NCBI GenBank assembly: GCA_946965045.2
Contig: OX337229.1
Location: 930,001-994,000 of the forward strand
Reading direction: 5' to 3'
DNA: 64,000 bases
Source of the DNA: Epithemia pelagica
Taxonomy: Eukaryota > Protista > Bacillariophyta
Within the stretch, counting starts at the first letter, position 1. Every line of letters starts with the position of its first letter. Position numbers and translations under genes: made by a program. Below, in pieces: positions 10,939-21,795 of this stretch. Below the pieces are notes generated by a model, which saw only the letters and a program-made list of their open reading frames with translations, was not told where the DNA came from and did no database searches.

Positions 10939-13900
10939 ATGGGTGACGTCGAAGTGGCCATGGCCGGAACAACAACAATGATGAACGAACAAACACCCTT
11001 GCTCCCGCAGCCGTCGCATGAGGAGGAGCGTCGTCCGCGTCCCGATGAAGAAACGGACTGGCGGCATGCCTTGTTTGCCTTTTTGGAAGCCAAGACAACA
11101 GCCGGTATCTGGTACGAACGGTTCATGATTGTCCTGATTGTCTTGAACGTGGTGGCCTTTGTCCTGGCCAGTTTGTTTGTGCCCGAATACAACCCGGTCG
11201 AATGGGCGCAACGTCATTCGGGATGGTGCAGTGATACCTGCGATGCTTGGTGGTTTGGCAATTATGCCGACAATCCCTTGCACTTTCTCAATATTGGAGC
11301 CACGTCCATTTTGGAACTGGTCACCATTGTCGTCTTTACGATTGAATACCTGCTGCGATTGGCCTTGGCCGATTTGGAAGATGCCAAGTATGCCGGAGTC
11401 TGGGGTCGCTTGCGGTGGATTCCCACCTTTTTTAGCATGGTCGATTTGGTCAGTACGGTACCCTTTTATATTGATGCCTTTGTGTTGCGGGACAGTGATT
11501 TGGTCGCCACCAGCTTTGTCCGAATGTTTCGATTGTTTCGCATGATGCGGGTTGAAGGACGGTACGATTCCGCCCTGACCCTCTTGGACGATGTTTTTGT
11601 GGCGCAACGAGGTATTTTGGGAACGGCCCTCTTTGTCGGATTCACCACGTGGATGACCGTCTCCTCCCTCTACTATGTCGTGGAACGCAAGAATTTGGAC
11701 ATGATTTATTGTGGGGCGGCACCCGACTATTGTCCCGAAACAGTGGATACCTCACTATGTACCAGTACGTAGCGAGACATATATCATCTCTCGTGTCACT
11801 GCTCGATGTAATCCATGGTTTCTCGTTGATTGATTCTCACTCTTGTGTGTGTCTGTGTATTTTGCGGCATTGGATTTTGGTTGGTTGGTTGATTGTCTTG
11901 TCTTGCATTGATAGTTGACAGTTGGGGTACGTATCGTTGCTCAAGAAACAGTACACGAAGACAAACACTTTTGTGGACATATATATCTGACCCCATCTTT
12001 GTTGTTGTTTGTGGTATAGGTGTTACGAATTGTACCAATGCTGGCTGTCCAGGAACCGAGTACAATCCTCAGCCCTGTTACAATTTGTACAATAGCATTC
12101 CCATGGCCAGTTACTACGCGCTTCTCAATCTCTTTGGCGAATTTCCCTTGATTGATCAACATTCCAGTAGTGGACAATGGGTGGGAACCCTCACGGCCGT
12201 GGTGGCCGTCGCCGTCTTTGCCTTGCCGGCCGGTATTATTGGCAATGGATTGGAAGATGTCATTGCCGCCCGTCGACAAAACCAAGGAGAACAAGACGCC
12301 ATTCGAGAAGTGGGAGCCTTGACGACCAACTATCAAGCGACAGAAACGACGGCACGAGGACGATGGTACAACTTTTTGCATGCCCACGTGTCGGGACAAG
12401 CCAAGGCCTTTGATCGGTTCATCAACATTTTAATTGTCCTCACCACCATCACCTTCATGTTGGATACCTTGACGGATTTGCCGCCTCATATTCATATTGT
12501 CTTGGATGTGTTTGAACTCATTGCCGTGAGTATCTTTACCGTCGAATACATATTCCGTGTCTACGCCGTCAAGGAAGATCCCAAATACAGCCACACGGTC
12601 GGTGGTCGATGGACCTATATGCAAAGCTTTTTGGCCGTCGTGGACTTGCTCTCGGTGGCACCCTATTGGATTGAGGTCCTCGTGACGGGCCGTGTCATTA
12701 CACCCTATTCCGATGCCTCCTCCACCTGGTCCAATGTCGTCAAGGCCCTTCGGTTGCTGCGAATCTTGAGATTTGAAAAATATACGCATGCCTTTACCAG
12801 TTTTGACGATGTCATTGTCCGGTATGCCGATGTTTTGGCCGTGACGGCCTTTTCGGCTGTGTTGGTGTGGGTCTTGTTTGCCGCCATTTTGTACTTGACG
12901 GAACGAAACAATCCCGATCCGGACATGAAGGAGAATTACCGAACCGTTCCTCATAGCATGTGGATCACATTGTTGAACTTGTCGGGCGAATCGCCCTTGG
13001 CACAGTATTCGGCTGTCGGCAAGGTGGTGACGGGATTTTTGGGATTGTTTGCCACGGGTATTTTTGGTATTCCCATTGGGGTCATGGGGTCCGGCTTTGA
13101 AGGTACGTTGGTCTCTTTGGCAATTGACACATGAAAGGGAAAGGTCAATTGCTTGTTCACTCACGGGTTTTGTAATTCGCCCTATCCAACTTTTGTGTAT
13201 GTGTGTGTGCAGAGGTTGTGGAAGAAGAAAATGAGGACAATGAAGAAGAATTGGAAGTCACGTCTCCAGTCAATGACAGAGTCAATCAAACTGGTCAGGA
13301 TCGCACAGGTCAGCCACCCAATAATGCGCCCATTGGTTCGCCGGTGGAACAGTCCTTATTCCAGTTTGTCAATGGCATGGGCTCCAAGGCTGCTCAATAC
13401 TTTGAGTTGTCCATTTATGGTCTCATTTTTGCCACCATTGCGGTGGGTGTCTACCAAACCGTAGAAGGTCACGCCAATGATTTTCATCAAGTGGAATGGT
13501 TTGCCGTGGGAGTCTTTACAGTGGAGTATCTGTTGCGTCTCATTGGAGCGGGGGCGGACCCCATCTTTTCCAATGGAACAAATCCCATTGGCAGTCGTTT
13601 GCGTTTTATCGTGAGCTTTTATTCCATTGTCGATATTCTGGCCATTGTCCCGTTTTACATTGTTTTGGCATTGCCCAATTCGGTTGTGAACGAGTACGAC
13701 GAATACTTGCGCATGATTCGTATTCTGCGGCTCGTCAAATTGGACAAGTACATTCCGAGTCTGACCTTGATTGACGATGTGATTCGTCTCAAGTTTAAAA
13801 CGCTCAAGGTTGCCTTTTATGCCGCCATTTCCCTGTGGGTGCTTTTTGCGGCGGCCATTTTCTTGTGCGAACACTCGGATAGCTCCAACGAGATTGACAA

Positions 13901-15236
13901 TGTACCCGACTATGGTTGTGACACGGACTGCACCATGAAAGACCGATTCCAAAACTTTTTTGATAGTATGGTGTACACTGGAATTCATTTGACAGGAGAC
14001 TATCCAATCATTGAATACAATTGGCCTGCTCGGTTTGTGAACTTCTTTATGGTTATTGCTGCCGTTGGTGTTGTGTCCATTCCCAGCGGTTTGATTGCCG
14101 GAGGTTTTGTACAAATTGTTCAAAGTAAGAACAAGATGCGTCGTCGTCGCGCTGCAGGTGCCGGTGCGGAGCCCGAACGCGATGCTGGATGGCAAGCGGG
14201 AGATGACTGGTACGAAGTACGGTACAGAGCACTGGAAGGAGTGGATCCACCAATGTCCCGGTGGGGCCCAAAGTTTGATGAATGGCAAATGGCGGTGAAT
14301 GAATTGTTGAATGGAAAGCAAACGACACCGAATGGCCCAGTTGAATGGTCTACGTTTGCCTACTCCACCCGCATCTTCATGCTCTGTATTATCATCGCCA
14401 ATGTTGTGGCTGTGCTCTTGGAGAGTGTCCCTAGTATCGACAAGGCTGTTGGGAATGAACGAGGAAACTTCTTTGACGTGTTCGAGGCAGTTTCTGTTTT
14501 CGTCTTTGCGACGGAATACATCCTACGTCTTTTTTGTGCTCCCAAGAACCGTGAGGCACTCTACAGCCCCTTTGTATACGCAACAACCTTCTTTGGTATT
14601 GTTGATCTCCTTTCCACGGCACCTTGGTTCGTGCAACAAGCCCTCATGGCTACGGGAAATCTCTCTCCCGACGATGACATTGCTCGTATCTTTCGAATTT
14701 TCCGTATCTTTCGAATTTTGCAGTTGGAAGATTTTGTCGTGGCGTTCAGCAAGCTCGACAATGTGTTTCGGGCGTCTCAAGATGTCTTGAAAGCAACGGG
14801 ACTTTTGGCCTTGATTATTTGGGTCGGATGCGGTGCACTCTTTTACATCTTTGAAGAGAACAATCCAAACTGGCGCGAATGTGACGCCTCTGTACCCCTT
14901 TATGCCAACAAAAGCGACTCTCTTCTTGGATGCTACGACTTTAGGACAACCGCAGAGTGCAATGAGGTTTATCCAGGCCTCTGTTCTCAAAAAGCGTTTG
15001 TGGATATGCCCAACGCATTGTATTACACGGCTGTTTTTCTGGGTGGCGAATGGGGTGTTGTGGACTTTACCTGGCCAGGCCGTATGGTCTGTTTGTTCCT
15101 TTGCGTTGTTGGAATTGCTCTTTATGCCATTCCGATTGGTACTCTGTTTGACAGTTTCGGGGCTGTCCTTGGTATGGGTGGAGACGACGACGAAGAAGAA
15201 GACGATGGAGGGGATGATGGTGGCGACGTAAAATGA
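10939..15236 (+). CDS. Four-repeat (4x6TM) voltage-gated cation channel-like protein, ~1314 aa (exons 10939-11764, possible micro-exon 11915-11926, 12020-13102, 13213-15236)
   Basis: Four Ion_trans-like repeats, each with FTxEY in S2, a D in S3 and an RxxRxxR S4. Pore segments NLFGEFP, NLSGESP, HLTGDYP, FLGGEWG. GT-AG introns are frame-consistent. Confidence 0.85.
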
Positions 15237-15841
15237 AAGAGCAGGAGCAGGGGTGACAGCTGAACTGGAAGTATACATTATCATAAAAGATCACAGAAAC
15301 TCGGGGAACATTACTAGATTAACTCTGACGTAAATATAAATGATTCATTCTTCAATGCTCGACCTACCTCGCCGTAGTCACGAATGGAAGCAAGAAATTG
15401 TTGATTTCAGAGTCTTCGAAAGCTTAGAGGGTAGATTGACGTTTGACCTTTAGGTTCATTGCGATGGCGGCACCTAGCCCGACGCCCGACATTTTTTATT
15501 CCCGTCAAAAGTCAAAACGCGATACGCTCTCCCCCATCCAATCCCGCTCGGAACCACGAATGCGCGACCGCCCCATCGACAAAAATCCAACAGCTTCCAC
15601 AACACAACTCAAGAGGACAAGCGCGTGATCTGTGATCATTGTCGATTTCGAAACATCGAGTCGAAGGGACCAAACAGGATTGCTGATCCAATTCCACCAT
15701 TCTGCTTCTCTTTTGAATAGACCAAGAGAAGTTTGGGTGACAGTCGCTTCTCCTGGTGGCGCACGATATCTATTTGAAGACTCCGCCATAGTTCTGCAGC
15801 AAGGAAGGCCGTTGTTGTTTCCCAGCCCTTATTGATCAACC

Positions 15842-16512
15842 ATGGAAGAACTCGGCACAGCTTCCACGACCCAACAACCCCAGCGGCCATCCACGGCACC
15901 AGGGAATCCCTATCAGCAGGCACCGGGAGCGCTTCCTCCCAATCATATTGTTCATAAATTAAGACGGGTCGTCTACATGATATTGAGCGGATATGCTTTG
16001 CATTATTTCAAATTTTACAAAACACTCCTTGTTTCACCCAGGATTCGACATGAATGGTTCCAAATTGGCTTGGCAACATCTGTCGGTACGTTGTTGGACT
16101 TGTCGTGGCCTGGAGCTGGCTTTGTCGTTTTTGTTTTGGAGATTTTGTCTCACAATTGCTCGCTTGGGTTGGCTCTATGAACGCTCTACATAAAACAGCT
16201 ATTCTAATGGTCAAAGCATACGTCGAAACTTACGAAGGAAAGATTCAAAAGAAAAAAATCAACTACGAAAATTACCCCCAAACTACTCACGGAATCATTG
16301 GATTGATTCTCTTTGCCACCCTTGCCTTCAATATCGCTTTGTGGCCACATTACGGATGGAATTCTCCCATTTTGTTGGGTTTGTGTTTCTTTGGTGTCAT
16401 TCTTCAATTTCTCTTGATTGTTCCGACCTATGTGCAAAACATTGTGGGCATTGCTCTGTTTACGTTTTTCATGCAAGAATATTCGTCGGGTGTGAGTGTG
16501 ATCTACTACTGA
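15842..16512 (+). CDS. TMEM128: TMEM128-like membrane protein (exons 15842-16085, 16199-16512)
   Basis: Intron GTACG...ACAG restores the frame (TSV/AILM). The Y..F...L pattern, NYENYP and FNIALWPHYGWNSP resemble TMEM128 (FNIALW motif). Confidence 0.65.
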
Positions 16513-17408
16513 AAGCAAAGGATGACGGAAGTGTCTGTGTAGTAGAGGTAGATCAGACAAGCCACTCCTATATTGTATTGATGGAGAAAACAGGTCCAGA
16601 TAGGATAAGCATGGAAATGCCTCTGCAACTTCGCCATGGGGTTGTTTACCAAGGTAGTCATGGAATGGCCAAACTACAGAGAGTCGCCCAGAGAATCAGC
16701 TTTTACCTCATGTGAGCCCGCATTGCTTTCCAATATGCGCCATGTGTTACGTTTTCAACGGTGTTTGCAGTTTCAATAGTCATCATCATCACCCATTCAC
16801 AAGTAAATGACCGAGTAGTAAGTTACACAACCCTTATTTGATTTATCAAAGGAGGACTGCAGTACATTCAGATGGAATCCATGCTTGATGGGTCTCTTGA
16901 CTGTAGATGAGCTCCCGGTTGAACAAAGTTACTTCAGATCTTGTTCTGGTGTCGATGATTTCTTCGTTTCAACGTGGGGAGTGGGTGGAGGAAGAGCAAG
17001 CGGCGGCTTGTGTAGGACGCACCGTTGGGAAATATGAAAGACTAAAGTGCTGGAGTAGAGTAAAGAAAAGCACACAACTGCCCGCGGCGTCTGGTGTTGA
17101 AGGCGGTCCTTCAACATATCCAAAAACTGAGAAAGAATCAAGGTCCAACGGCACTCGCGACGTACTCGTAGCGCTAGTAGTTAGTATCGCTTTCTGTTTG
17201 TGATGATGCCGCCTTTGTAATCCTAACTCCAGCTTCCAGCGGGATAGTATTAACCAAGGCGTCTTTGGAACCAAATTCCCCAGCAACAATTAGATCTGAT
17301 GCGACTTTCCGAGACAACAGTCACTTCCAACAGACCTTGCAAAAGTCCACACGATTGGCACTCATATCTGCTCCAGGTCCTGAGGTCTGGTAGCCTCGAA
17401 AAGACACT

Positions 17409-18662
17409 TCAGAACGTTATTTCGCTCGAAACCGAAAATTCTTCATCTTCCATGGCTGTTCCGATTTGTCGACGTCTAGCGGGGGCGTCTAGCGGCTCAG
17501 CCTCCGCCATCAACTGGAACACATGCAACCTTGTCCAGTTAATCGACGATTTAAAGGCAACGAGAAGGGGGTCAGGGAAAGCAGGTCTAGAACCAGCGGT
17601 AGTCATTTGTGCAAGGTTCACTTTGACAACGAACTTTCCTGCTTCAATCGCGGCCACATTTGGAACAAATACGTGACCATCAGAACCGCCCCCTACAACA
17701 CGCAAGCCAATCAAAGAGTCCTGGTATTCACCCCACAGTTTCTCTCCCTTTTGGCTGGGAGGAGCAGGCTTGTGTTCAAGACAATAAGCAGAAGCCTTGA
17801 CGACGGTGCTTAAAAGAGAAACTGCATCTCGAACGTCGTTTGCTGTTGCACGAAATACCAAACTCCGTTCCGTGGTTGTTAGGCCAATTCTGTGGGCAAT
17901 TTCTTCCGCAGTTGCATTCCGACTCTGATCTGAGCAAATAATGAGAGTTTCATAGGCTGTTCCATCCCAGTCGCGAGCTTGAGTCGGCGAAAGAACTGGA
18001 GCAACAATTACACCTGGCTCGGTATCGAACCATCGGCCTTGGTCCATCAACAAGAGTACATTGAACGGTGATCGATTGATTCCTGTCCACTGCCGTGATG
18101 GCTCTCCTGGGGCACATGAGCCACATGTAGCTTTGATTAGACTTCTTCGCGCTTCGGCAGTGTCACAAGGCATCCCTAACACAGCTGCCACTGCATAAAT
18201 CCAGGTGTCACATTTCCTTGCAACTGCAGTTTTGGGGCAAAGGTGGGCCCTGTCCGCCAACTTTGCAGAATTTGGAAAGGAACAGAGGCGCACAGGTGCC
18301 CAATCTTGATTAGACAGAAGCGACTGAGAATGAGAAGCTGTCGTGTTTTGATCCAATGCTGCACTTCTTGTTCTGTGGTACAGGTCAACCACAAAGTGGT
18401 CGGGCACATCTCGACGTATTCGGCTGGAAAATGCATCCCAGTCTCGAACAATACCAATATAATCACCTTCATCATATGGCTGCCAGGACCCAGAAAGTGC
18501 TTGGTGAATGCTACAGAAGGGAGTGGCAGTAAGATGGCTGATCTGCTCGTCCTTCTCACGCAGCGCAACCAAGTGCTGCTCGTCCTTCTCGCGCAGAGCA
18601 ACCCAGAGCTGCTCGTCGTCCTCAATGCCTAACTCTTGGAGCCGTTTTCGGATTTGATCCAT
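17409..18662 (-). CDS. Crinkler-type HNH-endonuclease-like protein, intronless, with N-terminal coiled coil
   Basis: DRAHLCPK ... PFNVLLL ... WFD pattern of HNH_2-like domains. C-terminal FPDPLLVAFKSSINW. N-terminal (ALREKDEQ)x2. Confidence 0.6.
   Translation of the reverse strand: MDQIRKRLQELGIEDDEQLWVALREKDEQHLVALREKDEQISHLTATPFCSIHQALSGSWQPYDEGDYIGIVRDWDAFSSRIRRDVPDHFVVDLYHRTRSAALDQNTTASHSQSLLSNQDWAPVRLCSFPNSAKLADRAHLCPKTAVARKCDTWIYAVAAVLGMPCDTAEARRSLIKATCGSCAPGEPSRQWTGINRSPFNVLLLMDQGRWFDTEPGVIVAPVLSPTQARDWDGTAYETLIICSDQSRNATAEEIAHRIGLTTTERSLVFRATANDVRDAVSLLSTVVKASAYCLEHKPAPPSQKGEKLWGEYQDSLIGLRVVGGGSDGHVFVPNVAAIEAGKFVVKVNLAQMTTAGSRPAFPDPLLVAFKSSINWTRLHVFQLMAEAEPLDAPARRRQIGTAMEDEEFSVSSEITF
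18543..18617. repeat. 33-bp tandem repeat (~2.3 copies) encoding the xxVALREKDEQ coiled coil
   Basis: CTGCTCGTCCTTCTC(A/G)CGCAG(C/A)GCAACC starts at 18543 and 18576; partial copy at 18609. Confidence 0.85.
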
Positions 18663-19190
18663 CGCTTCACAACAGTTTCGTAGAGGTCACCGCATCCCCA
18701 GCCTCACACAATGCGATGTTTACAGATCCGACGATGCAAGCAACACAGAGAAACAGAAGCCCCTTTGACTTTGTTTTTTTTTGTTTACCGTAAAATCACA
18801 TCTATTGCACCATCGTATTCGTACGGTAGGATTCGGCTCTTTATACCCCCAAGCGGAAGGGTAAATCGTTAAATAGAACCGAATAAGGGCGACCCAACTC
18901 ACCCCAACTTGGGGGTACAATTGGCGAGGACTAGTAAACTAAGTAGGAGTATGTGCTAGAGAGGTAGAGGTAACATTCCATATTGTTGTTTGTGTCTCTG
19001 TGGCTTGAATGCTTTCGTTGCATGCTTCCCTAGATAGCGACATAAAGGCCTTGTGAAAAAAGCTATTCGTATAAAGTGTACTACTATTACGGCTGCGTGT
19101 GTTTCATCCTGAGTGTGGCTTATGTATTCTCGTTGGGTGGTCTTTTGCTTGACAAAATAAAACAACACGCGCCAGTGTGGGTTTCTTTCT

Positions 19191-21260
19191 CTATCGGGTC
19201 GCCGTGCCAATGACTTGCAAATCGGAAATGAGCATGATATGATCGGATGAATATTCCGTCGAAGGCAAGGCTTGTCCATGTTTGGTAAGTTGGCCTTCGT
19301 CGGGTATCAGTGCCGCACTGAGAGGACGGAGATTTTGTGCCGAATACCAAATATAGTCCAAAACGCCCTTGAAATTCAAGGTAAAGTTGGTCACCCATGG
19401 TTCTTCTCCCAATACCGTCTGGTACGCACTACCCAGTTGAAAGGAATGGGTAATGTTCATGGGATCGGGTAATATTGAATTGTTTCCATTACCATTGTTG
19501 TCGTCGGATGTGGAAATGTTGACATCCGGGTGTCCGGGATGTACTGACTGTCGAGACAACAAATCGTACACGGCGGTATCCGGTGTCGAATTAAAATCTC
19601 CACAAATCACCAACGGCAAGTTGGTTCCTCGACTCATGACAAAGGACTCCAATTCTTGCAAAAGTTGCCAGGTTTGCCAGAGTTTGACATCGGGGAAATC
19701 CTTGTTGCTGTACAAATGCGTATTGGCGACACAAATTTGAGTAATTTCTCGATTGGTATTGCTTCCACGTGAGGTTGAGGAGGAGGCAGGAATGACTTCG
19801 AGGACGACCAATTGTGCGACATTGTCCTTGCTCAGTCGATTCAAAAAGGCTACACCTTCTTCGCTGCGTGGATTGAGACCCAACACTTGAGTGGCTTGTC
19901 GTTGGGCCAATTCGTTGAATTCAATACTGTAGGATTCCACTAAATGAAATTTAGATCGTCGCCAAAACAAGGCACACCCATCGACTTTGCCGGCCAATCC
20001 CATGGACTGCCGAGTCTTTTGTTTAAAGACACCCTCATATCCCGCATCGCTGAGCGAGGCATAGACATGATTTTCGTAGTGATCCGCTTGCACTTCTTGC
20101 AAACACAAGACTTCGGGCGAGGCATCCATAATTTCTCGCAAAATGTTTTGAAATCGAAAATCCCAACTAAGGGCCCAAAAATCGCAATGGGGATACTGTT
20201 GTGCCGTGGCATAAATTTCGGCCAAGACATTGTAGGTGGACACCCGAAAGCGCGGTCCATTGTTGTGCGTGGCGGCCGCTGCCGCACCCCCCTTGGCCGT
20301 GACCAAATTTCGTTTTTGCGGATCGGGTGCTCGCGCCAACACCACGTCCGTTTTGACCACACGAGACATGAGCAATTCTCCCGTTTCCAAGGAATAGGCG
20401 GCCGCTTCCAATTTGAGTTTGCGGCCAATATCGTCAATGGAGGGCAGGAATATTTGATCGCGGCTCACCTCGATCCAGTCGTCGCCAGCATTGTAGTCTG
20501 TGTACGCGTATTGATGCGGTGTGTTTTCCGCAGCATTGTTATTGTATCGTTCGAGGTATCCTCGAGGTGTTCCCGACGAATTGTTGTTGTTCAAGTTGTT
20601 GCCGGATCCATTGAGGACATCCAACGACGGACTCCGAGATCCATTGGAGCGAGTACTTTGCGCTTCGTCCGGATACATCATATCATCATCGGTATCAAAG
20701 GATCCAGACCGAGATCGACTGGGTGTACCATGTCGACTCGCTCCACCACCTGCACCCCCACTGGCCATGCTTGCCGTTTCTCCTCCTGCTCCTCCGGAAT
20801 GCATGGTTCCACCCGAAGCAACGCCATGCTGTTGTTGTTGCGCAGATTGCATTTCTTTGGGAACCGTATATTGTGTTTTCCACGCATTGACAAAACAGTT
20901 GGCATTGCAAAAGGTACATTTGTACAAAGAACTTTGTGTCGAGACACATTGAAGGGCACAATCGGTCCCTCCCAAGGCATGTTTGGACCAATCATGGGGG
21001 GAAAAGGAGGTGCGTCTCGGACAGCCCGTGTAGGCACAGGCTTCGTGCAAGGGTCCCCGAAACCACCGATAGGAGAATTCGTGCGAGGGTGGGGGTTCTT
21101 TCATCACCTTGGTATGCGGTTGCATTGTCTTTTCATGGTAATCGCGTTCGTCCAATTTCTTCCCATACATGTACGCATGAGGACGCATCGCACATCCTTC
21201 CACCGGACGATCCACACGCAACGACAAATGCCACGAATACACATATTCTTTGGTATTCAT
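19191..21260 (-). CDS. CCR4: CCR4-type deadenylase (EEP nuclease; plant-like CCR4 N-terminal domain)
   Basis: YNVLAEIYA, LCLQEVQ, VDGCALFW, ANTHL, ICGDFNSTP, LDYIWY, SSDH. N-terminal FSYRWFRG and Cys-rich segment. Confidence 0.93.
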   Translation of the reverse strand: MNTKEYVYSWHLSLRVDRPVEGCAMRPHAYMYGKKLDERDYHEKTMQPHTKVMKEPPPSHEFSYRWFRGPLHEACAYTGCPRRTSFSPHDWSKHALGGTDCALQCVSTQSSLYKCTFCNANCFVNAWKTQYTVPKEMQSAQQQQHGVASGGTMHSGGAGGETASMASGGAGGGASRHGTPSRSRSGSFDTDDDMMYPDEAQSTRSNGSRSPSLDVLNGSGNNLNNNNSSGTPRGYLERYNNNAAENTPHQYAYTDYNAGDDWIEVSRDQIFLPSIDDIGRKLKLEAAAYSLETGELLMSRVVKTDVVLARAPDPQKRNLVTAKGGAAAAATHNNGPRFRVSTYNVLAEIYATAQQYPHCDFWALSWDFRFQNILREIMDASPEVLCLQEVQADHYENHVYASLSDAGYEGVFKQKTRQSMGLAGKVDGCALFWRRSKFHLVESYSIEFNELAQRQATQVLGLNPRSEEGVAFLNRLSKDNVAQLVVLEVIPASSSTSRGSNTNREITQICVANTHLYSNKDFPDVKLWQTWQLLQELESFVMSRGTNLPLVICGDFNSTPDTAVYDLLSRQSVHPGHPDVNISTSDDNNGNGNNSILPDPMNITHSFQLGSAYQTVLGEEPWVTNFTLNFKGVLDYIWYSAQNLRPLSAALIPDEGQLTKHGQALPSTEYSSDHIMLISDLQVIGTATR

Positions 21261-21795
21261 CCTTCACACACTTGTTCAAGCAACTCACCAACCAACTACA
21301 CAGAATCCTACAAATCCACCCTTGCCGTCCCCCTCCAGCGGCACACCGTTCCGACAAGTTGTTGTTGTGTGGTCTTGCTCCTTCTTCCCGAGACGGTTGT
21401 ACCTTTCCTTATTTCAATGGAACTGTGGATTGTATCAAGTCTCTCCTATCTACCTCACGAGATGGTCTGACACAGTTGTCTTGTCCAAGACACTCACAAA
21501 CCAACAAACAAGCACCACCACCACCGCAGAGATGAATAGATAGGAGTAGATAATAGAAAGAGACGGATATCTCTAACCAAACACAGACCGGAGGCGAAGC
21601 ATCATCGTCCTCTCGCCGTCGCGTGCAATGAGAGAAGGAAGAGGGGCATGGAAGGCGAGATCCCCCCACCATCTGAAAATTTGGGAGCGTGGTGGGTCTC
21701 CTTCTTTCTGCCGGGGACCATCGCCCCCAGAAAAAGTTTCGCCCTCTCCATTCATTCTTTTGCATCGCCATAATCCCCATACGACGCCATGGAGA

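Noticed and set aside
16900-17300. Short ORFs downstream of the HNH gene (16929-17141, 16969-17289)
   Set aside because: No recognisable domain or splice link to the HNH ORF.
16539-18995. Weak similarity on either side of the HNH gene (AGAGGTAGA...TATATTGT near 16545 vs AGAGGTAGA...CATATTGT near 18960)
   Set aside because: Too short and gapped to call a flanking repeat by eye; needs a dot-plot.
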